A stretch of 64,000 nucleotides of DNA. Source: Tubiluchus corallicola. Its lineage: Eukaryota > Animalia > Priapulida. Location: NCBI GenBank assembly GCA_030141605.1, contig JAQGDQ010000384.1:114438-178437 (forward strand), read 5' to 3'. Of the stretch, positions 20,184-29,632 are shown piece by piece (position 1 is the stretch's first letter; each line of letters begins with the position of its first letter). A program made the translations under genes and the position numbers. Under the pieces are notes generated by a model that worked only from the letters and a program-made list of their open reading frames with translations, was not told the origin of the DNA and did no database searches.

Positions 20184-20797
20184 TAGTCCCCTGGGAGTTA
20201 ATTTTTGTTGAGATAAAATTTTACTATTTGTATATTTTGATCCGGCATACAATAAATCCCTCCCGGAGGCTTAAAAAAGTGTCCCAGTTGTTTTTGATGT
20301 TGCGCATTCTTGGTACAAAAGAGGCAAAATTCAAGCCTGTAAAGGGTTTTGTTAATGCTCATCTTCTCTTGACACAAAAAGAACAAAAAAATCAAGCCTG
20401 TAGATGCTTTTGATGAAGAGCTACGCTGTCGGGTTCGCTATCTTCTCAAAACCCTCCTTTTGATAAAAGGCTCAGATAGTGAGAAGGCTCTTTCGCTACT
20501 CCCTTCGCTTTTTTTCTATCAAAATCATTTAAGGGCAGTTTTCTCTATTTCGCAGAGCTTGTAAGGTTCGTTTGATTTTGTTTTGACAATTTTTCTATCT
20601 CAATCTGCAAGGCTTTGCGTGAAAGTTGCAATAATCCTTGCAGTTTAGATCACTACAATTCGCCACGTTTTAGTTCTATATAATATAAAGTTAAATAAGC
20701 GGAGTTTAACTTAAGGAATGACTAAAATAATAGGAGCAATATAGGCGCTTTCCGGGGTCACAGCCTATCTCTTTAAGGAACAGCAAGTACAGCCTGT

Positions 20798-21712
20798 TTA
20801 TAAAACCCCTGATCTAATCAGCTTATTAATGTTGTGTACAAGAAGTTCCCGCTCTCTGCCGGAGACCTGATGCAAAGGTAGAGCCATATAATCACTCTTT
20901 ATTACACCCATCTCTACCAATGCCACCTTAAAACTCATTGTTGTACGTGCAGTACTGCTTCCTGTATTGTACATCAACTGATGCATGCTCACCAACTGCC
21001 CTCTATATTTTGCAATTGCGGACATATCCTTTTTTAATGAAGCATCGTAGAGTTTAGTGAACAGCCTGGGAAATACATTTGCTCCACCAGTAACGGCACC
21101 ATCCCCGCCATTCAGTATTGTCTCAGAAAGAAATAGTTCACTACCGGTAAAAACAGAAAATCCCGAACTATTGCGAAACTCTTCAATAATATCATACAAA
21201 AGAGCGAGGTCCCCCGAGCTGTCTTTTATCCCTATAGCCCCAAGCTCTTCGGCACGCTTAATAACGCTTATATCCATATTCATCTTGGTGTGCGTTGGCA
21301 TATTGTAAAGTAAAAACGGGAGAGACAACCTGGAGGAGATATACTCCAGGTAGCCCGTCATCTCATCTCTGTCTATCGGATAATAGTACGGGGGAGTAAA
21401 AACCACCCCGTCTGCTCCCAAGTCTTTGCAATACCCTGCCATATCCAATGAGCTCGCCACCGAAGTATCGGAAATGGCCACCAAAATAGGTACCCGCCCC
21501 TTTATCTGCTCACAGGCAATATTCAAAAACTCTTTTCGCAAAGCGTAGCTCAGACTAGGCGCTTCACCATTTGTGCCAAGCAAAAACAGTCCGTGAACCC
21601 CCCCCTCAATTAAGTGCTCAACCACATTGGCAACCCCATCCTTGTCCAGGGACTCATATCCCGTAAGTGGGGTTATTACAGGAGGGTATATCCCCTTTAC
21701 CAATAACTCCAT
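20798..21712 (-). CDS. Dihydrodipicolinate synthase/N-acetylneuraminate lyase family aldolase
   Basis: GIYPPVITP, FLLGTNGEA, LLYNMP and GIKDSSGD (Schiff-base Lys). Substrate cannot be assigned from sequence. Confidence 0.88.
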   Translation of the reverse strand: MELLVKGIYPPVITPLTGYESLDKDGVANVVEHLIEGGVHGLFLLGTNGEAPSLSYALRKEFLNIACEQIKGRVPILVAISDTSVASSLDMAGYCKDLGADGVVFTPPYYYPIDRDEMTGYLEYISSRLSLPFLLYNMPTHTKMNMDISVIKRAEELGAIGIKDSSGDLALLYDIIEEFRNSSGFSVFTGSELFLSETILNGGDGAVTGGANVFPRLFTKLYDASLKKDMSAIAKYRGQLVSMHQLMYNTGSSTARTTMSFKVALVEMGVIKSDYMALPLHQVSGRERELLVHNINKLIRSGVL

Positions 21713-21978
21713 AGTTTTTTATATAAAATTAAAACGAGTGGGGCGGGCACACCCCTTCTTGTAAAGCTACATTAAAAGCCATTACCACTCCCTATGCCCT
21801 TGATAAATAACAGAGCTTAGCAGTGTATAGCTAGCCTGCCTTCAGCTACATACAAATGTAATTCAAAAAATTTTACCCCGCAGAGCAAGGCCTTAAAAAA
21901 ATATGCATTTTTCATAAACACACTCTTAACTATTTGGAGTTCTGTCCATTTTTTTATAATATTTGTAAAACTAAAAAA

Positions 21979-23265
21979 ATGAGCTATAACTTACACCGCG
22001 CATACCGGATCTGTCTGGGTATTTTTTTCCTCTCTCTTCTTACCTGCTGCCAACAGACCCCCCCACAGGCAAACGACCCGACAGAGACCCCCGACAGGAT
22101 AGTGCTGACCCTCGCGGAAAACCCCACTACTTCGGTAGCTGTAACATGGCGTACAAAAACCTCCGTTACTTCGGGCCACTGTGAGCTACAGGAAGAAACA
22201 GGCACACGCGTAGATAATAAAAATACGAGGACTTTTGAAGCGAAGACCACAACAGTTATTTACACGGAGGAGAGACGGGATACCCACGCAAATCAACACT
22301 CATGTGTGATTACCGGTCTTACCCCCGGCAAAAAGTATATTTACCGTGTAGGCAGTGAAAATAACTGGAGTGAATGGTTTCAGTTTGACACTCCGGACAC
22401 AGACAGTAGCAGGTTCTCTTTCATCTATTTTGGCGATCCACAAACCAGCCTGAGGGAGGAGTGGGCAAGAGTTATACGTAGAGCATACCGAGAAGCTCCC
22501 GACTGCGGATTTATGCTGTATGCAGGAGATATCATAAACAGAGCCGGCAAAGACAGTGAGTGGCATGAGTTTTTTCATGCCGGCTCATACATATACGCTA
22601 CCGTACCACAGCTAATGACCCCCGGCAATCATGACTATAAAGGGCTTATGCTCGACCCACACTGGAACCTGCAATTCACCTTCCCCACAAACGGGCCTCC
22701 CTCCCTTCCGGGAACATGCTATTATGTAGACTATAAGAACCTGAAGGTTATATCTATTGATTCGGCAGCAGACAATGAACTCAGAAAAGAAGGAGGAACA
22801 GCACTTAACGATCAAAAAGAGTGGTTAGATACGGTGCTCTCTCAAAATAGTAAAGAGTGGGTAATAGTTACCACTCACCTACCCTTCTACTCTACTAAAA
22901 AAAACCGGGATAATAAGCGTTTAAGAAAGCACCTTCAGCCAATACTGGAAAAGCATGGAGTGGATATTGTGCTCACAGGGCATGACCACGCGTATGGACG
23001 GGGCAAAGCATCAGATACTCCCGGCAGCTCTCACTCCCCTGTTTATGTAGTCTCCGTAAGCGGACCAAAACTTTATCCTACAGGAGAAAGAGAGTGGATG
23101 ACAAAAAGCGTATCACACACCATGATGTACCAAGTGGTATCCATACACGGCAGCCTGCTCTCTTTTAAAGCGTTTTCTGTAACAGGAGAGATAGTTGACA
23201 AATTTGAATTGAGGAAAAATAGAGACGGACAAAATATACTTGCCGAGCTACCGAATACAGAGTAA
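21979..23265 (+). CDS. Purple acid phosphatase-family metallophosphoesterase lipoprotein with FN3-like N-domain
   Basis: Likely ATG at 21979; LLTC-C lipobox; metal motifs FGDPQ, AGDII, PGNHD, THLP and GHDHAY. Confidence 0.88.
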   Translation: MSYNLHRAYRICLGIFFLSLLTCCQQTPPQANDPTETPDRIVLTLAENPTTSVAVTWRTKTSVTSGHCELQEETGTRVDNKNTRTFEAKTTTVIYTEERRDTHANQHSCVITGLTPGKKYIYRVGSENNWSEWFQFDTPDTDSSRFSFIYFGDPQTSLREEWARVIRRAYREAPDCGFMLYAGDIINRAGKDSEWHEFFHAGSYIYATVPQLMTPGNHDYKGLMLDPHWNLQFTFPTNGPPSLPGTCYYVDYKNLKVISIDSAADNELRKEGGTALNDQKEWLDTVLSQNSKEWVIVTTHLPFYSTKKNRDNKRLRKHLQPILEKHGVDIVLTGHDHAYGRGKASDTPGSSHSPVYVVSVSGPKLYPTGEREWMTKSVSHTMMYQVVSIHGSLLSFKAFSVTGEIVDKFELRKNRDGQNILAELPNTE

Positions 23266-23437
23266 AAAGCTTATCGAATGTTTCCCTCCAGACTACACAC
23301 TCTCCCAGCTACTCACCTGGTTTTTGAGGGAAATAAACCATAACCAGATCAAATAATAATAGAAATTCCGATCTATTTTAATTTAACAAAAAATCCAAAT
23401 ATTTAAGCTGCAAAGAGCTGTTTGGAGAGTAAAATTG
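23123..23437 (+). repeat. Direct repeat A (phosphatase 3' end plus downstream DNA), paired with 27481-27779
   Basis: GGTATCCATACACGGCAGCCTGCTCTCTTTTAAAGCGTTTTCTGTAAC is shared exactly; similarity decays through TTAACAAAAA...TATTTAAG...CAAAGAGC. Confidence 0.9.
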
Positions 23438-23617
23438 AGCACTATCTCATAAACAGTGTAAATAGAAAATACCGAGGGTTGCAACCCTCGGTATTTTTTT
23501 AGTTTACACACTTTGTGAAACAGTGTCAAAGTATGATTCTGACAACACTTTGGGGAGAAAGTGCATATATGCTGAGCTTTAGATCGACACTATTTACACT
23601 GTTTATGAGATAGTGCT
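23438..23617. mobile_element. 180-bp non-coding element with perfect 28-bp terminal inverted repeats (MITE-like or invertible segment)
   Basis: AGCACTATCTCATAAACAGTGTAAATAG (23438-23465) is the exact reverse complement of 23590-23617. No target-site duplication is evident. Confidence 0.75.
23466..23500. terminator. Strong, potentially bidirectional terminator hairpin
   Basis: AAAATACCGAGGGTTGCAACCCTCGGTATTTTTTT is a perfect palindrome followed by a T-run, between convergent genes. Confidence 0.75.
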
Positions 23618-23680
23618 GCTCATTTGCATTTGAGACAGCCTCTCTTGTAGTGTTATTTTGTTTTAGTTACCCTGCCCCTG

Positions 23681-25393
23681 TCAGTTGAGAACAGGCCATT
23701 GACCATCATCCAGCCACTTCCAGGTTTTAGTGTCATCGTCACTAATAGCCCAATCTACAAAAACATTTGTAGTGCCGTTGCCATCTTCTTCTTTATCAAT
23801 ATATTCTTCTCCATCTTTCACCAGGTAATCTCCTGAGGAAACACCCGTCCCTCCAGCAGAACCACTTTGCCCTGTACTGGCTATATCCCAGTAGCTGTTG
23901 ATATCAGTAGTAATATCTTCATAGTTATACCCCACCAGACCGCCAACATAATCAGCACCATCCGGAGCATTAACATTCCCCGTTGCATAACAGTTGGTAA
24001 TTTTATCACCACTACTGCTATACCCCACCAGACCGCCAACACGACCATCACTACCTCCCGTAACACTCCCCGTTGCATAACAGTTGGTAATAGTCATCTC
24101 AGAACGACCACCTTTCCTCCCCACCAGACCACCAACATTTTTATCTCCCGTAACACTCCCCGTTGCATAACTGTTGGTAATAGTGTCAGCATTAAAATAC
24201 CCCACCAAACCGCCGACATCAGTCACTCCCGTAACACTCCCCGTTGCATAACAGCTGGTAATAGTACTAGTAAAAGCGTTATCCCCCAACAGACCGCCGA
24301 CTTTATCCTTTCCCTTAACATCTCCCTTTACATAACAGTTGGTAATAGTGACATAGTCGGTTGACCCCGCCAGACCGCCAGTATAAAGTCCTCCTGTGAT
24401 ACTATCCTTTGATATCTCTATACCAACATCTTTGATGACTGCGTTGTTAGAAGCATCACCAGAAGCATAACCAAACAAACCTACAAAATTAATACTAGTC
24501 CTTTTTATAAAAAGGTTTCTTATCACATAGCCTCCTCCATCAAATACGCCTGAAAACTTACCATCAGTCTGATTCTCACCTATAGGGAGAAAACCCTCTT
24601 CAGGAAGCTCCTCCGGGAAATCACCTCCTGCTTGTGAGGGGTCAGGCAGCTCTATATCATTCATCAATTCGTATGCACCGCTTAAATCATATTGCATGCC
24701 CTGTAAATCCTGCCAACTCCTTATACTATACTGCTCTTTGGTTATGTCATGGTCAGATTCATTGGAATCGCCATCTACTGGTGATATGGCCAGTTGAATA
24801 GTAATAGGACCATCACCTATAGAAGCCCATTTTGAAATAGGAAGCCCACCTATTGTTCCTGTTCCTTCTGTTGCTGTTACCGTACCCCCTCCCGCATCTT
24901 CGCCTGCTATTTTCAATGTGTATAAATAATCTCCATCTTCTATAAAATCACTTATCTCAAACAAATCAGGCTTCTCAAAGTCGCCTGCTCCTATACGATT
25001 ACCCCCTTCATAATAACTCACAGCTCGCAAAGAGATTGATGATGATACAATTACTGTATAATCCTGGCTGCTGCCATCTTCAGCTATTACAGTATAAGTT
25101 ACTGCATCTGTGAAGTCTTGCGGGTCTCCACTCTTCCGAGTTACACTGGCTTTATCTGATACTTCTATGCTAGGGGTCAATGGTTTTAACTCTGTACCAT
25201 CAGGCAACCTTACAGTAATAGTAGTCCCTAAAATATCTCCCCTATAATCTTTTTCCAATAGATCATTTTTCTCTGCCTCAAAAACAAAAAGCGTTATCTC
25301 GTTTTCATTAGAAGAGGTTGAGTCGTCCTTAGTACAACCCAATAAAAAAATAAAGCCGAATAACAATGTAGCGAATTTCAATATTCTTGTCAT
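23681..25393 (-). CDS. Surface lipoprotein: one Ig-like (DUF5018-type) domain plus GLUG-motif repeat head
   Basis: LLG-CTKDD lipobox, YTVIAEDGS, GAGDFEK, KEQYSIRSWQDLQG and repeated VGGLVG...ITNCYATGSVTG. Confidence 0.88.
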   Translation of the reverse strand: MTRILKFATLLFGFIFLLGCTKDDSTSSNENEITLFVFEAEKNDLLEKDYRGDILGTTITVRLPDGTELKPLTPSIEVSDKASVTRKSGDPQDFTDAVTYTVIAEDGSSQDYTVIVSSSISLRAVSYYEGGNRIGAGDFEKPDLFEISDFIEDGDYLYTLKIAGEDAGGGTVTATEGTGTIGGLPISKWASIGDGPITIQLAISPVDGDSNESDHDITKEQYSIRSWQDLQGMQYDLSGAYELMNDIELPDPSQAGGDFPEELPEEGFLPIGENQTDGKFSGVFDGGGYVIRNLFIKRTSINFVGLFGYASGDASNNAVIKDVGIEISKDSITGGLYTGGLAGSTDYVTITNCYVKGDVKGKDKVGGLLGDNAFTSTITSCYATGSVTGVTDVGGLVGYFNADTITNSYATGSVTGDKNVGGLVGRKGGRSEMTITNCYATGSVTGGSDGRVGGLVGYSSSGDKITNCYATGNVNAPDGADYVGGLVGYNYEDITTDINSYWDIASTGQSGSAGGTGVSSGDYLVKDGEEYIDKEEDGNGTTNVFVDWAISDDDTKTWKWLDDGQWPVLN

Positions 25394-25521
25394 AATTCTT
25401 ATCTGTTATTAAAATTTAACTTAAGTTCTTTTTCATATAATCTAATATGCAAATTTGCAGCACGGATTCAAGTGTATTATTAGCAGTATCTATTGTTTTC
25501 TTTTGTCCCTCGTCTTCTTAA

Positions 25522-27168
25522 TTATTCCGCCCTAAATTGCAAAACAGGCCACTCACCATCTTCCACCCAGTGCCAAGGGTTATCATTGTCCTCACCAAAA
25601 TTCCAGTCAACGAAAACTTCAATTTCATCCTCGTCAGCATTTTTGCCATAATATTTGTCCCCTCTTTTTACTAAATCGTCCTTACTGAAAACACCCGTCC
25701 CTTCATCTCCAGCAGAACCATTTCGCCCTGTACTGGTTATATCCCAATAGCTAGCAGTAGCCTCTGTATAATTCTGCCCCACCAGGCCGCCGAGATAACT
25801 ACTTCCCTTAACTCTCCCCGTTGCATAACTATTGATAATCTTGTTACCACCAGCATTGGAATACCCCACCAGACCGCCGACACTACTCACTCCCGTAACA
25901 TCTCCCGTTGCATAACAGTTGGTAAAAGTGCTACCAGAGGAGGCTATCCCCACCAGGCCGCCGATATTATTTCTCACTCCCGTAACATCTACCGTTGCAT
26001 AACAGTTGGTAATATTGGATCCATTGGTACCCCCATTGGTACCCCCCATCAGACCGCTGACATTTTTCACTCCCGTAACATCTCCTCCCATAACATAGCA
26101 GTTGGTAATAGTTATTCCTGGCGTATAGAGTCTCCCCACCAAGCCACCGACATATGTACCTCCCGTAACACCGCCTTCTGATATCACTATTCCAACATTC
26201 TTGATGCTTGATGCCAGAGTCCCAACAAAATAACCAAACAAGCCTACATTATCTGCATCGCTGCGATCTATAAAGAAATTACTTATCACATTACCCCCTC
26301 CATCAAATGAACCCTTAAACAATGAACCGTCCCCAGCCCCCCCCCCCACAGGTAAAAAACCCTCTTCAGGAAGACTCTCCGGGAAAACACCTTCCGGTTC
26401 AGGGTCCGGCAAAGATATATCATTCATCAATTTGTATTCACCGTCTAAATCATATTGCATGCCCTGTAAATCCTGCCAACTCCTTATACTATACTGCTCT
26501 TTGGTTGCGTTATATGTGTCATAGTGATTGTCACAACCATCGCAGAATATGACTAATTCAATAGTAATATCACCATCTTTTATAGAATTCAAACCATCAA
26601 TAGAAAGCTCACTACCTCCTATTACGAATGCTCCTCCTGTTATCTCTAATTCACCACTCCCTACACTTTTGTCTTCTATATTAAGTGCATAACGATATTC
26701 ACCATCTGCCATATCTAAATCACTTATCTGAAACAAATCAGGCTTCTCAAAGTCGCCTGCTCCTATACGATTACCCTCTGCATCATAATAACTCGAAATA
26801 CGAAAAGAGGGTAGTTCTGTTACAACTACTGTATAATCCTGGCTGCTGCCATCTTCAGCTGTTACAGTATAAGTTGCTGCATCTGTGAAGTTTTGCGGGA
26901 CTCCACTCTTCGGATATATACTGGCTTTATCTGATACTTCTATAGTAGGAACCAATCCATTTGGATCTGTGCCATGGGGCACTCTTACAGTAATAGTAGT
27001 CCCTAAAATTGTTCCCTCATAATCTTTTTCCAATACACCATTTTCCTCTGCCTCAAAAACAAAATGCTTTATCTCGTTTTCATTAGAAGAGGTTGAGTCG
27101 TCCTTAGTACAACCCAATAAAAAAATAAAGCCAAATAAAGCTATTGTAAAGGATTTTAATGCTCTCAT
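25522..27168 (-). CDS. Surface lipoprotein, tandem paralog of 23681-25393 (Ig-like domain plus GLUG head)
   Basis: Likely start MRALKSF at 27168; identical LFGFIFLLGCTKDDSTSSNENEI segment and the same hinge and GLUG repeats. Confidence 0.88.
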   Translation of the reverse strand: MRALKSFTIALFGFIFLLGCTKDDSTSSNENEIKHFVFEAEENGVLEKDYEGTILGTTITVRVPHGTDPNGLVPTIEVSDKASIYPKSGVPQNFTDAATYTVTAEDGSSQDYTVVVTELPSFRISSYYDAEGNRIGAGDFEKPDLFQISDLDMADGEYRYALNIEDKSVGSGELEITGGAFVIGGSELSIDGLNSIKDGDITIELVIFCDGCDNHYDTYNATKEQYSIRSWQDLQGMQYDLDGEYKLMNDISLPDPEPEGVFPESLPEEGFLPVGGGAGDGSLFKGSFDGGGNVISNFFIDRSDADNVGLFGYFVGTLASSIKNVGIVISEGGVTGGTYVGGLVGRLYTPGITITNCYVMGGDVTGVKNVSGLMGGTNGGTNGSNITNCYATVDVTGVRNNIGGLVGIASSGSTFTNCYATGDVTGVSSVGGLVGYSNAGGNKIINSYATGRVKGSSYLGGLVGQNYTEATASYWDITSTGRNGSAGDEGTGVFSKDDLVKRGDKYYGKNADEDEIEVFVDWNFGEDNDNPWHWVEDGEWPVLQFRAE

Positions 27169-27181
27169 AATAAGATATTTA

Positions 27182-27386
27182 CTACTTATACGTTCAACTA
27201 AATCGCTAATTATCCGCGGTACAAATATATATAAAAAAACAAAAAACAAAAAAAAGCAAATTTATATAAATAAAGCGTGCTACTTATACGTTCAACTAAA
27301 TCGCTAATTATCCGCGGTACAAATATAAAAAAAACAAACAAAAAACAAACAAAAAGCAAATTTATATAAATAAAGCGTGCTACTTA
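27182..27386 (-). promoter_or_regulatory. Tandemly duplicated ~99-bp unit, each copy with a Bacteroidota -7 box and a homopolymer-rich spacer
   Basis: CTACTTATACGTTCAACTAAATCGCTAATTATCCGCGGTACAAATATA...AAAAAGCAAATTTATATAAATAAAGCGTG occurs twice. The minus strand reads TATATTTG (TAnnTTTG) at 27229-27222 and 27327-27320. Confidence 0.75.
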
Positions 27387-27480
27387 CTGCAGCAAAGAAG
27401 AAGATTTAAAAGGGCTTAAAAGTGCAGAATGGGCACAGACGTTATTTACAGAAAACGCTTTTTTAACAAAAGTAAATGAG

Positions 27481-27779
27481 ATGTACCAGGCGGTATCCAT
27501 ACACGGCAGCCTGCTCTCTTTTAAAGCGTTTTCTGTAACGGGAGAGATAGTTGACAAATTTTGAATTGAGGAAAACAGGGATGGACGAAATAGAGTTATC
27601 GAACCAGCAAATACAAAATAAAAAGTCTATTGGGCATTTCCACTGAGCCACACACTCCCCCTGCTGCTGATCCAATTTTTGTCTAACCCATAATTATACC
27701 GGGAAAAAGCTCCGCTTTGTTTAAATTAACAAAAAGTTAAATTATTTAAGACTCAAAGAGCAGCTTAAAAAGTAAATTG
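27481..27779 (+). repeat. Direct repeat B: decayed copy of the phosphatase 3' end forming the upstream region of the LRR array
   Basis: Aligns with 23123-23437 and carries a +1 T frameshift (ACAAATTTTGAATTGAGG). Confidence 0.88.
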
Positions 27780-27817
27780 CGGACTCTTATTTTTAGTTTA
27801 ATTAAAAATTTTACGAC

Positions 27818-29632
27818 ATGAAAAAGCCACTATCTTTTTTTTGGTCTACTTCTATTTTATTCGCAGCTATACTATTATTAGCCTCCTGCTCTGAAAAATC
27901 TGAAAAAGAGTTTATAAAAAGTAACTCAATCCCTTTCCCTGGGTTGGATTTCTGGGTGCCGGATAATAATTTCAGAGCCTACCTGAAAGAAATAGTTCCC
28001 GATGCCTTCACTTCCAACAGCTACCTTATCACCAATCATCCCAGTCTGGAAGATGTTAACGGAATAGGTGTAGAAAACCGGAATATTGCCTCCTTAAGTG
28101 GCATCCAGTTTTTTACAGCTGTACAGAAACTGGACTGCTCCGAAAATCAGATCACAAGTTTAGATATAAGTAAAAATACGGCTTTAAAGGAGTTGGAGTG
28201 CCATAAAAACAACCTGACCGGATTGAATGTGAGTGGGCTTACGTTAATTAAACTATATGTGGATCAGAAGATAAAGTGTGATCCTTCTATTATAGCACTT
28301 AACCCAAAGGATTGTAAATATTGGAATGGGAGCGATCTCGTCTCCTATACACCAGCTACAGACTGCTCTTCTTCTGGTTCGGATTTCTGGGTGCCGGATA
28401 ATAATTTCAGAGCCTACCTGAAAGAAATAGTTCCCGATGCCTTCACTTCCAACAGCTACCTTATCACCAATCATCCCAGTCTGGAAGATGTTAACGGAAT
28501 AGGTGTAGAAAACCGGAATATTGCCTCCTTAAGTGGCATCCAGTTTTTTACAGCTGTAAAGAAACTGGACTGCTCCGAAAATAAGATCGCAAGCTTAGAT
28601 GTAAGCAACAATACAGCTTTAAAGGATCTGGATTGCACTGGGAACCAACTCACAAACTTAAATGTAAGTAAAAATATAATCTTAAGGAAGCTGGATTGCT
28701 CTGATAATCAGCTTGCAAGCTTAAATATAAATAACAATTTAGTTTTAAAGGGACTGAACTGCACTGATAATCAGCTTGTAAGCTTAAATGTGAGTAACAA
28801 TACGGCCTTAAGGGCTCTGGAGTGTTATAAAAATAGTCTGACCAGCTTGGACGTGAGCAGGCTTAGATTATTAGAAGAACTGTCTGTAGATCAAAAAATA
28901 AAGTGCGAGCCTTCTATTACAGAACGTAACACGCGTAAGAGTAAATATTGGAATGGAAGCGATCTTATCCGCTACTACCCAACTATAGAATGCTCTTCTG
29001 GCAATCCGAATTTCTGGGTGACGGATGATAACTTCAGAGCCTACCTGAAAGAAATAGTTCCCGATGCCTTCACTGTCAAGGACTCCCTTATCTCCAACCA
29101 CTCCAGCTTGGTATCTATTACCAAAATAGATGTCAAAAACCGTAAGATTGCCTCTTTAGATGGCATACAGTTTTTTGCAGCTATACAGAAGCTGGACTGC
29201 TCCGAAAATAAGCTCACAAGCTTAGATGTAAGTAAAAATAAGTCATTAAGAGAGTTGGAGTGCCATAAAAACAACCTGGCCGGATTGGATGTGAGTGGGC
29301 TTATGTTAATTAAACTATATGTGGATCAGAATATAAAATGTGAGGCATCTATTAGAAGACTTAAAGCTCCTAACAGTAAGTATTGGAATGGAAGCGATCT
29401 TGTCCCCTACTCACCGGCTATAGACTGCTCTTCTACTAGTTCGAACCGGGTGCAGGATGATAGCTTCGGAACAGGTCTGAAAAAAGCCGATTCCAATACT
29501 GTCACTTCCAGCAATAACCTTATCACCAACAGCTCCAGCCTGAAGTCTATTATCAGAGTAGATGAAGGAAGCGGTGATGTCGCTTCTTTAGACGATGTTC
29601 AGTTTTTTACAGGTATTGATAAGCTGGATTAA
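27818..29632 (+). CDS. Leucine-rich-repeat surface lipoprotein 1 (three capped IRREKO-type LRR modules plus a decayed fourth)
   Basis: LLAS-CSEKSE lipobox; 21-aa repeats LxxLDCxxNxLxSLDVSxNxx; N-cap FWVxDxNFRAYL; C-cap KCxPSI...KYWNGSDL..Y.P..xC. Confidence 0.9.
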   Translation: MKKPLSFFWSTSILFAAILLLASCSEKSEKEFIKSNSIPFPGLDFWVPDNNFRAYLKEIVPDAFTSNSYLITNHPSLEDVNGIGVENRNIASLSGIQFFTAVQKLDCSENQITSLDISKNTALKELECHKNNLTGLNVSGLTLIKLYVDQKIKCDPSIIALNPKDCKYWNGSDLVSYTPATDCSSSGSDFWVPDNNFRAYLKEIVPDAFTSNSYLITNHPSLEDVNGIGVENRNIASLSGIQFFTAVKKLDCSENKIASLDVSNNTALKDLDCTGNQLTNLNVSKNIILRKLDCSDNQLASLNINNNLVLKGLNCTDNQLVSLNVSNNTALRALECYKNSLTSLDVSRLRLLEELSVDQKIKCEPSITERNTRKSKYWNGSDLIRYYPTIECSSGNPNFWVTDDNFRAYLKEIVPDAFTVKDSLISNHSSLVSITKIDVKNRKIASLDGIQFFAAIQKLDCSENKLTSLDVSKNKSLRELECHKNNLAGLDVSGLMLIKLYVDQNIKCEASIRRLKAPNSKYWNGSDLVPYSPAIDCSSTSSNRVQDDSFGTGLKKADSNTVTSSNNLITNSSSLKSIIRVDEGSGDVASLDDVQFFTGIDKLD

